Shown here piece after piece: positions 19,421 to 29,445 of a stretch of DNA of 64,000 bases (position 1 is its first letter; the number at the start of each line of letters is the position of its first letter). This stretch comes from Veillonella parvula (GTDB lineage Bacteria > Bacillota > Negativicutes > Veillonellales > Veillonellaceae), in the NCBI RefSeq assembly GCF_048309325.1, contig NZ_DBFBTX010000002.1, positions 42,478 to 106,477 on the forward strand. Reading direction: 5' to 3'. A model generated the notes under the pieces. It was given only the letters and a program-made list of their open reading frames with translations, was not told the origin of the DNA and did not search any database. A program made the position numbers and the translations under genes.

Positions 19421-20275
19421 TTATTGTTTCCAATACACTCTATAGTTATGATGTGGTACCTGGCGATCTTCAGGTGGTGCTTCCATATAATTATTGTACA
19501 AATGACTTAAATAGAAATCGCTATCTGTAAGTCCCCAAAACTCAGTATTCTCAAAAGGATATAAGCTTCTATTATCAAACAAGGTCTTTTCATATACCTC
19601 TCGTTTATTACCACTTGCACAATCAACGAGAACACTTATGTATTTCGCATTGGAAAATGAATACTGTTGTGCATCTTGGTTAATCTTTTTAATTAAACTT
19701 GTAGTTGGCAAAAAATGCATTAAGCCGATAGCACCAAATTTTAAAAATGTCCGAACATAACCTTTTAACTTAGCAAAGCTACCTTTAGAGTCTACATAGC
19801 GATTACTGAATGTAAACTTCATAGAAGACCCATGGAATAACAAGTTTAAAAGTTGTTGGTGTCTAAAAAGTTTTTGTTGAGCCTGTGTATCATCTGGTAA
19901 CCCATCAATAGGAAAGATATCTATAAATACACCGGCTTTATCAAAATTACGCCACAATGTATTATCAACCATAACTGTTTCTTGATCGAATACCTTTGCC
20001 ATTGTATAGGTATAACTATCATCGGTTTCAATAGAATATACTTGATATCTTGGATTATGGTCATTATATGACTTAATAAAGCGATTATAATCATCGCGTG
20101 GCATCATGATATCAATATCATCATCCCATGGAATAAAGCCTCTATGTCTAACGGCTCCCAACATCGTTCCATACGCTAATACATATCGAATATCATGTGT
20201 ATCACAAAAATGTGCCACATCTTTTAAAATATCTAAAGAGACACCCTTAATCTCCGAAAATCCAATTTCTCTCAT
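19421..20275 (-). CDS. LicD-family phosphotransferase (copy 2)
   Basis: Start moved to ATG 20275 (MREIGF), which has GGAGG 8-9 nt upstream; the track start is 20299. Signature YVLAYGTMLGAVRHRGFIPWDDDIDIMMPRDDYNRF. Confidence 0.8.
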   Translation of the reverse strand: MREIGFSEIKGVSLDILKDVAHFCDTHDIRYVLAYGTMLGAVRHRGFIPWDDDIDIMMPRDDYNRFIKSYNDHNPRYQVYSIETDDSYTYTMAKVFDQETVMVDNTLWRNFDKAGVFIDIFPIDGLPDDTQAQQKLFRHQQLLNLLFHGSSMKFTFSNRYVDSKGSFAKLKGYVRTFLKFGAIGLMHFLPTTSLIKKINQDAQQYSFSNAKYISVLVDCASGNKREVYEKTLFDNRSLYPFENTEFWGLTDSDFYLSHLYNNYMEAPPEDRQVPHHNYRVYWKQ

Positions 20276-20308
20276 CAAAAAAATTCCTCCATAATACAAA
20301 TAGGTCTA

Positions 20309-21067
20309 TTATTTAAAGAATTTTCTTTTTAAGAATAATCCACCCTTTTTCAACCAATTTTGAGGCTCCATAAAGGATACATTTTGTTCTTTATAGTTAA
20401 TGTTATTCGCTTCAAGCCATACATCAAGCAAAATTTCACTAACAAACCCATAAATACGTGCTTCATACATATCATAACCAGAAATATCAACACGTTTTTC
20501 GATTTCTTCTAAGATGGAGAACATCCATTCACAATATTGATTAAATAAATCTCGACGCATAACGAACATGTTGAACATATGAGCCCAGGTACGATTACAA
20601 ACTTTTGTAAAAGCAGCACTATATTCTGGATATTTCTCAGCGATAATTTGCTCTGCCACATCAAGGCCTTCTGAATGATGAGCATGATTATAATGAGAGC
20701 GATTGGATTCGATATAATATTTACGCTTATCCGCTACTACTACAGGATATTCAGAAAGTAATTGTTCCCATTCAAAACCAGTCAAGATTTGCTCTTTTTT
20801 CGCCTCTACAGAACGAACTTCTTTGCGCGTAAAGTAACGTCTATAATGAACGAGACCAATATAATCCGCATCAAGATTTTTCCACGCCCAATAGAGGCCT
20901 GTCAATTCACAGTAATTAGCATTCTTTAAAGATATATTATCTCCTGTATGATCCCCTGTATAACCAATATCAGACTTACCTTCTCGCCCTACATGAATTG
21001 GCATATAGACAGAATCTTCAGGCATCCAATATTGTTTATGTGTTGCTACTAAAATCTTAATATTCAC
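20309..21067 (-). CDS. DUF4422-type glycosyltransferase (putative galactofuranosyltransferase)
   Basis: MNIKILVATHKQYWMP...NANYCELTGLYWAWKN pattern. Lies immediately downstream of glf. Confidence 0.65.
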   Translation of the reverse strand: MNIKILVATHKQYWMPEDSVYMPIHVGREGKSDIGYTGDHTGDNISLKNANYCELTGLYWAWKNLDADYIGLVHYRRYFTRKEVRSVEAKKEQILTGFEWEQLLSEYPVVVADKRKYYIESNRSHYNHAHHSEGLDVAEQIIAEKYPEYSAAFTKVCNRTWAHMFNMFVMRRDLFNQYCEWMFSILEEIEKRVDISGYDMYEARIYGFVSEILLDVWLEANNINYKEQNVSFMEPQNWLKKGGLFLKRKFFK

Positions 21068-21125
21068 TAGTACTCTCCTACATGAGTATTGATTATCAAA
21101 TCTATACCTACGACCGTAACAAAAC

Positions 21126-22223
21126 TTATACTAATTCCCTTTCTACTAATGCTAAAGCACTAGCAATGACCTTATCCATATCGTAATATTTATATTCTCC
21201 TAAACGACCACCAAAGATAACATTGGAAATCATTTCGGCCTTTTTAACGTATTTAGCGTAAAGATCTAAATTCTTCACGTCATTTACTGGATAATACGCT
21301 TCTTCACCGATTTCCCAGTCCTTTGGATATTCTTTTGTTACATACGTAACAGGCTGTGTGCCAAATTCAAAATGCTTATGTTCAATAATACGAGTATACG
21401 GAATTTCTCCTTCCGTATAGTTCACCACCGCAACACCTTGATGATTTTCCTCTTCGAGACGCTCTGTTTCAAAGCGAAGACCACGATATTCTAATATCCC
21501 TTCAGAATAACCAAAGTATTCATCTATAGGGCCTGTGTAGATAATCTTATCTGCCAAAGATTCGTATTCATTCCTATGTTTAAGGAAATCTACACCTAAG
21601 CGGACTTCAATGCCTTCTAACATGCGTTCAATCATCTTAGTATAACCACCCATAGGAATACCTTGGAAGCGATCATTAAAATAGTTATTATCGTATGTGT
21701 AACGCACTGGCAAGCGTTTAATGATAAAAGCTGGTAGCTCTGTACATTTACGGCCCCATTGTTTTTCCGTATACCCTTTGATGAGCTTTTCATAAATATC
21801 CGTACCTACAAGACTAATAGCTTGCTCTTCTAAGTTCTTTGGCTCCCCTGATATAGCAGCTCGTTGTTTAGTAATGATATCTTGTGCCTCTTTTGGAGTT
21901 CGAATATTCCACATTTTAGAGAATGTATTCATATTGAACGGCAAATTGTACATCTCGCCTTTATAGTTTGCTACAGGACTATTTACATAGTGATTAAACT
22001 CAGCAAATTGATTGACATAATCCCACACATGTTTCAAGGATGTATGGAAAATATGAGCACCATAGACGTGAATATTGATATCATCTTTGCTTTCACAATA
22101 TAGATTACCTGCTATGTGATTGCGACGGTCGATGACAAGTACAGATTTACCACGCTTGTGCGCCTCATGAGCAAATACAGCACCAAATGGGCCTGCCCCA
22201 ACTACTAAATAATCGTATTTCAT
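21126..22223 (-). CDS. glf: UDP-galactopyranose mutase
   Basis: 365 aa. MKYDYLVVGAGPFGAVFAHEA FAD-binding motif. The full length matches the Glf pattern (YGAHIFHT, YTEKQWG, GRLGEYKYYDMD). Confidence 0.9.
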   Translation of the reverse strand: MKYDYLVVGAGPFGAVFAHEAHKRGKSVLVIDRRNHIAGNLYCESKDDINIHVYGAHIFHTSLKHVWDYVNQFAEFNHYVNSPVANYKGEMYNLPFNMNTFSKMWNIRTPKEAQDIITKQRAAISGEPKNLEEQAISLVGTDIYEKLIKGYTEKQWGRKCTELPAFIIKRLPVRYTYDNNYFNDRFQGIPMGGYTKMIERMLEGIEVRLGVDFLKHRNEYESLADKIIYTGPIDEYFGYSEGILEYRGLRFETERLEEENHQGVAVVNYTEGEIPYTRIIEHKHFEFGTQPVTYVTKEYPKDWEIGEEAYYPVNDVKNLDLYAKYVKKAEMISNVIFGGRLGEYKYYDMDKVIASALALVERELV

Positions 22224-23662
22224 TAATAGGCCCCTTTCGATTTAGCAACAGCCAATACAGTTTTCAACAGATATACAATATCAATCCATACAGACCAATT
22301 ATGCACATACCAAGAATCCATGAGAACTCGTTCTTCATAGGTGGTATCACTGCGACCACTTACCTGCCAAACACCAGTAATCCCTGGTGGTACAAGGTAA
22401 AAGTCATTAATATAGTCGCCGTATTTTACAATTTCATCTCGAACAATAGGTCTTGGCCCTACGAGGCTCATGTCCCCAACGAGAACATTCCACAACTGTG
22501 GCAATTCATCAAGACTTGTCTTTCGAAGGAATTTTCCGATTCTTGTAACGCGAGGATCATCTTTCAATTTAAAATCTCGCTCCCATTCTTCACGAGCAGC
22601 TGGATTATCTTTTAGATATTGCTCCAAAGCCTCTTGTGCATTTGGCACCATGGATCGGAATTTATAACAAGAAAATGATTTCCCACCTTGACCAACGCGT
22701 TTATGTCCAAATACGATAGATCCTGGAGAATCTAAGTAAATCAATATAGCAATGATACCGAGAATTGGTAAAATCAAAATGCCACCACATACCGTAGCTA
22801 CAATATCAAAAATACGTTTGAAAACACGGTTAGATTTGCGTGCTAGGTTATTTTGCACACGCAATACGACGGCTTGTTCTTCCATCATGCCACGTGCTGT
22901 AATATTACTGGCTGGTAAACCGAATAATTCAGGAACAAATGCTACTCGTTTTACTAATACTTGTAATCGATTAATCAAGGATACTAATTTTTTAGACTCA
23001 AGTCCCGGAGCACAAATCAGTACAGTTTGAACGCCTGTATCTTTAATAACGCTTTCTACATCTTTAAAGGCTCCAAGGCATGGATATTCTTTAGCGATGG
23101 ATGATGATTTAGGATTATCATCTACATAACCAATAATCTTATAGGTAGTAATCGGCATACGCTCTAATGATCTCTGTACAAGTTCTGCTGTCTTTCCCGC
23201 CCCAACGAGAAGAATCGGAATTGTTAAATATCCTGCTTTTGAAAGTAATTTTCCTACAATAAAACGCTCGCTAAAGATAAATACGAGCATACATATATAA
23301 GCAAAGGCAACAAATAAACGAGACACATCATTAATAACATGTCCTGTGTACATGAGAACAATCGATACGACAACCCCTATGGTAATGCTGCGAAACAAAT
23401 TTTTCATCGTATCCCAATAAGGTGTTACCACAGAATAGACATTATTAAGCAACAAGATAGTTAAAAATACGATAGGCACAATACCATATACGTAAATTTC
23501 TTCTACCTTAAAATTTGAACTTACTGGTAAAATTGATAAGTTTAAACGCAAATAATAGGCTGCTAATATCCCCAAAACAATAGCAATATAATCTGCTATA
23601 AGTACTATGAGCTTACTTATAAATAACTTTTTATTATTGTTATTACAGATAGAACGATTCAT
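22223..23662 (-). CDS. Polyprenyl-phosphate hexose-1-phosphate transferase (WbaP/initiating sugar transferase)
   Basis: 479 aa with N-terminal TM segments, a central Rossmann-like domain and a C-terminal bacterial sugar transferase domain (KRIFDIVATVCGGILILP...SFSCYKFRSM...DELPQLWNVLVGDMSLVGPRP). It overlaps glf by 1 nt. Confidence 0.85.
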   Translation of the reverse strand: MNRSICNNNNKKLFISKLIVLIADYIAIVLGILAAYYLRLNLSILPVSSNFKVEEIYVYGIVPIVFLTILLLNNVYSVVTPYWDTMKNLFRSITIGVVVSIVLMYTGHVINDVSRLFVAFAYICMLVFIFSERFIVGKLLSKAGYLTIPILLVGAGKTAELVQRSLERMPITTYKIIGYVDDNPKSSSIAKEYPCLGAFKDVESVIKDTGVQTVLICAPGLESKKLVSLINRLQVLVKRVAFVPELFGLPASNITARGMMEEQAVVLRVQNNLARKSNRVFKRIFDIVATVCGGILILPILGIIAILIYLDSPGSIVFGHKRVGQGGKSFSCYKFRSMVPNAQEALEQYLKDNPAAREEWERDFKLKDDPRVTRIGKFLRKTSLDELPQLWNVLVGDMSLVGPRPIVRDEIVKYGDYINDFYLVPPGITGVWQVSGRSDTTYEERVLMDSWYVHNWSVWIDIVYLLKTVLAVAKSKGAY

Positions 23663-23675
23663 ACTAATACCCCAA

Positions 23676-23725
23676 TTATAAGAAAAGGTTGTTTTCTCAA
23701 TCTCAAAATATTAAGAAAACAACCT
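23676..23725 (-). terminator. Intrinsic terminator-like hairpin in the leader, ~15-25 nt upstream of the wbaP-like start codon
   Basis: On the minus strand, aggttgttttct-N16-agaaaacaacct is followed by TTTTCTTAT. Confidence 0.55.
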
Positions 23726-23911
23726 CTCTATCATACGAATACAATGTACCAATATTTACATATATTGTATCATATTTAAATATATAAAACTATAAAAAAC
23801 ATAGATTTCACCTATCTTTTATGTAGTTATTTATTCTTTAAGTCTATTTAAATCCTACTTAATTGTCTATTAAATAGTAGTTAGATGCCTTCCAATACAG
23901 CTATATAATTC

Positions 23912-25105
23912 TCAATTATCCCGCAATTGAAGCATAATCCCCATAACAACCCAAAAAATGCGAATACCCGATGAATTACCCCAAGTATAATCAATAGATC
24001 CAAATAAAAATAAATAACTAATAAAACCTACAATGATTGATAAATCATAAGGATTTGTAGATATAATATAGCTTTTTACTGATTTATAGATTGTGAAAAT
24101 TGAGAATCCTAAAAACCCAATTAGACCTAGTATGCCAGATTCAGAGGCTATTTGTAACATATTATTATGAGAATGACCTAAGTCTTGGGTTTCTTTTTCT
24201 GATTTATACTGCTCTCGATATGTTTTCTGCCACAAACCTGGACCAACACCAATTACAGGATGATCCATAATCATTTTTCTATCCGACTCCCATACATAGA
24301 TACGGCCTAAATTTGAGCCATCAGTAGTTACATTAAAGGTGCTTTCAAAACGAGCCATATAAGCTTGATTACTAGTAAATATAAAACTGATTCCTATAAC
24401 AGCCACAAGAAGTACCAATAAATAACGAATGTTAACAAAGGAATAGCGCAATGTAATAAGTACACCATTAATACCATTAAATAGCCAAGAACCACGGCTT
24501 TGATTGCCTAACATTCCCAACACTATACTAAATAAAGAGAATACAGCTGATTTTTTTACATAAGAAGGAAATGTTTTATCATAAACAGTAATTAAAGCTA
24601 ATGGAAAAGCGAGCGTTAACAACATAGCTAGCCCCATCATAGAGCCATTAATGACACCACCTGCACGACCCTCTGTTCCTACATTATACCCCAGTAAATA
24701 TTGTACAAAGGCAGATAGAGCATCGATGCCTATATACACAAAAAATATTGATAAAATAGTATATAATTTGCGAGAACTCTTGATAAATAGCAAGATTGGT
24801 ACGATAATTAAAATCTTCCAAATCCAAATATTAAAGAAGTACTTAGTCGTCACTCGTATATTATCACTAATAAATGCAGACGGTAATATACATAACAGCA
24901 TACCTAAGTACGCCCATCCATATTGGCGTATCGAATTTGGTATAGAAACTTCATCTCTTTTATACCACCATGTTAAAAGTGTAACGAGTACTATAAGTCC
25001 ATAAATAAAATTACCAAAAGCCATAGATGACCGCGTCGTACATATCATAATTGAAATGAGTACAGTAAGTATCATTTCATAATTCTTAAGTATCCAAGAT
25101 TTCAT
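23912..25105 (-). CDS. O-antigen ligase family protein (Wzy_C domain; WaaL-like)
   Basis: 397 aa polytopic protein. Motif LGHSHNNMLQIASESGILGLIGFLGF. Confidence 0.7.
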   Translation of the reverse strand: MKSWILKNYEMILTVLISIMICTTRSSMAFGNFIYGLIVLVTLLTWWYKRDEVSIPNSIRQYGWAYLGMLLCILPSAFISDNIRVTTKYFFNIWIWKILIIVPILLFIKSSRKLYTILSIFFVYIGIDALSAFVQYLLGYNVGTEGRAGGVINGSMMGLAMLLTLAFPLALITVYDKTFPSYVKKSAVFSLFSIVLGMLGNQSRGSWLFNGINGVLITLRYSFVNIRYLLVLLVAVIGISFIFTSNQAYMARFESTFNVTTDGSNLGRIYVWESDRKMIMDHPVIGVGPGLWQKTYREQYKSEKETQDLGHSHNNMLQIASESGILGLIGFLGFSIFTIYKSVKSYIISTNPYDLSIIVGFISYLFLFGSIDYTWGNSSGIRIFWVVMGIMLQLRDN

Positions 25106-25185
25106 ACTAACACCCTTATCCCCTTATTGTTATTATCTAATAATTAAGTATAGTTACGACTTACATATAACGTATAAATGTATAC

Positions 25186-26124
25186 TTATTTTATTAAATT
25201 TTTCATATGTTCTTGAATTTCTTGTTCATATTGATCGAGTAATTCATAGCGTTTACGATATTGGCTACGTTTTTGTGATTTAATCTCCTCAATAGGCTTA
25301 CGATATTCCTCTAAAGGAATTTTGAAAAAACGTTCATCACTACATAGTACACCGCCAGATTCCTCCCACAATGAATCTAGCTCAGCTACCTTTGCACGAT
25401 GACCGCGAACTAAATGAGTATTCGCGTAAAAGCCTTCATCAGATACAGCGTAAATAGATTCTACTTTACAAATGACTGCAATATGACGTAATAGGAACAT
25501 AATAAAGTTTTTTGGACGATAGCCAAACATCTTTTTCGTAACTGTTTTAGCATTATCAAGACCATCTTTATAACCTTGAATTGTACCAATCCACATAGCA
25601 GATTCCCCATTAAAGCCTTTGCCAAAGCGAAAATTAGCATGGTATACGCCCTGCTTACCCAAGGTGAGTAACAAGGTCAAAAAACCTTCTTTACGCTGAC
25701 CAGGTCCATAATATAAACGGGCCACCATATCAAGGTCTTCTGATTCCCATACGATAAAGCCACGATTCATACGACTTACATCATCATAAATATTCTCTGG
25801 ATCTACAGAGTACATTTCACGAATCGCCTCATCTGTAAATATATCTTTCAAATAATCAAAATGATTAACAATGGCCTCTAATCGTTCCTGAGGTGTAGAA
25901 CTTTTAAACAAGAAAAATCTTGTCATCAACTCAAATAAACCAACTTGACGATCTAATAGTGTTAAATCAGGCGTGTAATTTGCAAAGTAGTTCTCTAGCT
26001 CCTCTATTTCTCGTTTATTTCGTATGGAGCGCATTGTATGTAAAAAAGTACGACGTGTTTCCCTCCAACTACGCTTTCCGTAAATCTTACGACCTCGTTG
26101 CCATTGTGTTTGTAAATATCCCAT
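25186..26124 (-). CDS. DUF535 (VirK/YbjX-like) protein
   Basis: 312 aa. Basic N-terminus, IGTIQG, GYRPKNF, IYAVSDEGF and LWEESGG motifs, recalled from the family pattern. Confidence 0.5.
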   Translation of the reverse strand: MGYLQTQWQRGRKIYGKRSWRETRRTFLHTMRSIRNKREIEELENYFANYTPDLTLLDRQVGLFELMTRFFLFKSSTPQERLEAIVNHFDYLKDIFTDEAIREMYSVDPENIYDDVSRMNRGFIVWESEDLDMVARLYYGPGQRKEGFLTLLLTLGKQGVYHANFRFGKGFNGESAMWIGTIQGYKDGLDNAKTVTKKMFGYRPKNFIMFLLRHIAVICKVESIYAVSDEGFYANTHLVRGHRAKVAELDSLWEESGGVLCSDERFFKIPLEEYRKPIEEIKSQKRSQYRKRYELLDQYEQEIQEHMKNLIK

Positions 26125-26165
26125 CTCTTACTCCTATCCACTAATACAACTAACAAACTTTATCA

Positions 26166-27251
26166 TTAATGATTAGTGGAGTGTAAATTATCTATAATCG
26201 CAACTAATTCATCAGCTACACGATTAATGATGAATCGTTCCTCAACAACACGTCGTGCATTTGTGATAATACTTGATAAATCTACCGCATCACTCATCAC
26301 ATGCTCCATCGCTTGTTGTAATGTATGTTCATTCAAAGGATCAACAATAAATCCAGATATACCATCGTCTATAATTTCTCTCTGAGCCCCAGATCCACTC
26401 GTAATGACTGGTACACCGCAATACATAGCCTCACAAATAACAAGACCAAAGGCTTCACGCGTTACAGTTGGCAATAACAAACAATCAATTGATCTATATA
26501 AACCTTCAATATCAGGTGTAAAACCTATAAATTCAGCATAAGAATGCATGTAATGCGCATCTATATAGTCTTTAAGTTTTTTGATTTGATCCTCTGTACC
26601 AGCCCCCGATATAATCAACCGAATATCTGGATTGTTTTGATGAATCTGTTCAAGAGCACTTAAAATCAGATATAAACCCTTACGTTCTGTAATACGCGCA
26701 CTATATCCAAATGTAGTAACTTTAGATTTCATTGGCACATTATCTGCAAATGAAAGAAATCTATTTGGATCAATACCATTATAAACAATATAATATTTAC
26801 TAGTATTCTTAATAATAGGTGTCATAAAGTCATCATAAACGAGTTTAGATACACATACAAAGGCATCTACTTGTGAATTGATCCATTTATGATACATATC
26901 TATTTTACCAGGTACAAGATTATGTTTAATAAACATCAATTTAGCACCCGTTAACTGCTTAAGAGCAATACAGAATAAGATATATTTACCAGAGTGGCAT
27001 ACAATTGTATTAATTCCTTGTGCTTTCATCTGTTTGGCTACTGCATTAACAGATAGAAAACCCTTCAAAGTATAGAGATTGGCAGTCATCACATGGCCGA
27101 CTTGAGCATAGCGAGATTGCATCTCTTCATTTGATTGGTCTACTAAGGTATAAGCAGCCCTATGTCGTTGTTGTAATTGTTTACAAATATCATATACATA
27201 TTGTTCACCACCGCCCCAAATTTTGGCGCCTACAATATTGATTATAGACAT
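26166..27251 (-). CDS. Family 4 (GT-B) glycosyltransferase, LPS core type
   Basis: 361 aa. C-terminal EAFGLVICEAMYCGVPVITSGSGAQREIIDDGISGF (EX7E motif). Confidence 0.8.
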   Translation of the reverse strand: MSIINIVGAKIWGGGEQYVYDICKQLQQRHRAAYTLVDQSNEEMQSRYAQVGHVMTANLYTLKGFLSVNAVAKQMKAQGINTIVCHSGKYILFCIALKQLTGAKLMFIKHNLVPGKIDMYHKWINSQVDAFVCVSKLVYDDFMTPIIKNTSKYYIVYNGIDPNRFLSFADNVPMKSKVTTFGYSARITERKGLYLILSALEQIHQNNPDIRLIISGAGTEDQIKKLKDYIDAHYMHSYAEFIGFTPDIEGLYRSIDCLLLPTVTREAFGLVICEAMYCGVPVITSGSGAQREIIDDGISGFIVDPLNEHTLQQAMEHVMSDAVDLSSIITNARRVVEERFIINRVADELVAIIDNLHSTNH

Positions 27252-27356
27252 AGGTTCCTCCTATCATATACAGATCAATACACATATAGTGGCATCCATT
27301 GATGTATTCGAAATAATGTTTACATATACATCAATAGATATCATCGTCTAATTATA

Positions 27357-29378
27357 CTACGACTTATTCATACTGTCCTCATGATTAATGAGCCACATGG
27401 TCAACAATGTCCAATCACGAGCATCATCCCCATGATTATCAATAGGCCGAATTGGCTCAACCGGTTTATAGGACGGTATGTTGCTTTCACCATAATCCAT
27501 GCGAACATCGCCCATCATATGCGGCGTAATCCACTGGTACGGCGTAACTAAAGTTTCTGGCTGCTCATCAAACAAGGACGGCACAATGGAATAATATTCA
27601 AAACCCTTTGGTGCAATGGTTTCAATAATGGTAGGCATGAGGCTCATATGCGTGCCAATGGGCACCGTAATCACATCCTTAGTGAAAGCAGGATGTTGTA
27701 ACAACCCTACGGTACAGAATGTATCGCGCAAGGTATAGTCCCGTTGAATTAAAGATGTATTATTCAATGAGCCAAATAGATTAGAGTGATCACCTGTAAC
27801 AACAAATAAACTATCTGGAAAGGCCTCTTTCATAGCATTTACAAAGTTAAATATTGCCTTATCACTATAGCGATAGGTAGCCAATTCTTTATTGCGTTTC
27901 TTATTAGATTTTAGATCATCCCCAAGATTCGGCATGACCTTTTCAGGATCATAATCTAATAAGGAATCCTCCATTTTATAAGGACCATGATTGGATGTAG
28001 TGTAAATAAAATGGAATGTCGGATGATCTAATCCTTTAATTTGTTCCGTTATATTCTCTAAAAATACGTGATCGTATACGCCCACCCAAGTTTTAGGTGC
28101 ATCAGGACCACAGAAAACAGAAGCGCTTTCCACACGGTCAAAGCCTTGAGCCTTACCGAAGTGATTAAAGTTGCCGTACGACGCATTACCACCATACCAA
28201 TAAATCGTATCATAGCCTAATCGCTTCATTTGAGCTGCCAAAGAGGTCGGCAACGGTTCATGCCAAAAAGCTTCCCGTTCATTGATTTCCATACCCGCAT
28301 CATAGACGCCGGATAATAGACTTACAATGGATGGACGAGACACATTACCAGCAGGCAAGAAATTAGGTACTTGCACCGTATGAGGATTATCTTTAAAATC
28401 CCATAAACCAGGACATATATTGAGATCCTTATAAGGTTCATCAAGAGACCATTGAGGGATACTTTCACCAACAATAAAGAAAATATGCTGCGGTTTATCA
28501 ATACGAGGACTTGATGCAACACGTTTAAATGCATGAAGCGGTGTACTCAAATCCTGCCAGGAATCTTTGTATTTGTTAGGAACAATACGATGTATAGCGT
28601 CATCAATATCCTCAGGTGATGCGGTATATTCATCACGTAGCGGATGTTTAAACACCGTTTCTAAGGCACATAAATCTGGCACTGTAGCACGAGCAAAGAA
28701 TATATCTTCTTTTACCACTGTAGGAATCGTATCCCATTCTGGTTTATCATCATGAGATAAGGTACCACCGTAGCGGAACCAATAGAATCCTAGAACAGAT
28801 GCCGCCACAAGTCCTATATTCCAAGCTACAGTAGGCCAGGTTCCTTCAATATTTGGATATGGTATAGATGGCAAGGATAAGAAGAAACCTCCCATGAACC
28901 AGGATATAACTGCAATAGGAATCAATCCTAGAATGACAAGAATTCCTCGGTCTTGATTAAAGAATACATCAATCAAATTCCGTTTCTCTGCATGATTTCC
29001 ATAATGAACCATATAGTTGTACGTATCATGGAAATGCTTGTAGAAGATCATTTTTCCTGCAAAGGCTGCGTACAGTACACAGGAATACATCGTTAGACCT
29101 ACTAATCGTATGGAATCTTCTATTTGATGGTACCCTTCAAACCATAGTGCAGGGAGTGTCACCAAGACTAAAGGTAGTAAGAATACATAGGCATCAAAAT
29201 CCATGCCCCACCAAAAGCCGTAACGCAATGAACCTAGAGCTGATTTCCAACGACCTTTCCATGTTGGATACGGATTATAAATAATCATAAAAATGATTCG
29301 AAAGATACTACTCAATATGGGTGCCCAAATCATTAATTTTATATTTTGTTGTAGGGATAGAAAAAATTGTTCACTCAT
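27357..29378 (-). CDS. LtaS/sulfatase-family membrane phosphotransferase (paralog 1)
   Basis: 673 aa with about 5 N-terminal TM segments and an extracytoplasmic alkaline-phosphatase-superfamily domain (FFIVGESIP, VTGDHS). Confidence 0.75.
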   Translation of the reverse strand: MSEQFFLSLQQNIKLMIWAPILSSIFRIIFMIIYNPYPTWKGRWKSALGSLRYGFWWGMDFDAYVFLLPLVLVTLPALWFEGYHQIEDSIRLVGLTMYSCVLYAAFAGKMIFYKHFHDTYNYMVHYGNHAEKRNLIDVFFNQDRGILVILGLIPIAVISWFMGGFFLSLPSIPYPNIEGTWPTVAWNIGLVAASVLGFYWFRYGGTLSHDDKPEWDTIPTVVKEDIFFARATVPDLCALETVFKHPLRDEYTASPEDIDDAIHRIVPNKYKDSWQDLSTPLHAFKRVASSPRIDKPQHIFFIVGESIPQWSLDEPYKDLNICPGLWDFKDNPHTVQVPNFLPAGNVSRPSIVSLLSGVYDAGMEINEREAFWHEPLPTSLAAQMKRLGYDTIYWYGGNASYGNFNHFGKAQGFDRVESASVFCGPDAPKTWVGVYDHVFLENITEQIKGLDHPTFHFIYTTSNHGPYKMEDSLLDYDPEKVMPNLGDDLKSNKKRNKELATYRYSDKAIFNFVNAMKEAFPDSLFVVTGDHSNLFGSLNNTSLIQRDYTLRDTFCTVGLLQHPAFTKDVITVPIGTHMSLMPTIIETIAPKGFEYYSIVPSLFDEQPETLVTPYQWITPHMMGDVRMDYGESNIPSYKPVEPIRPIDNHGDDARDWTLLTMWLINHEDSMNKS

Positions 29379-29445
29379 TTATACTTCCATATCTACTTAA
29401 AGAACAATACTTCCCCATAGCAACCTACTTATACTACATTACTGA

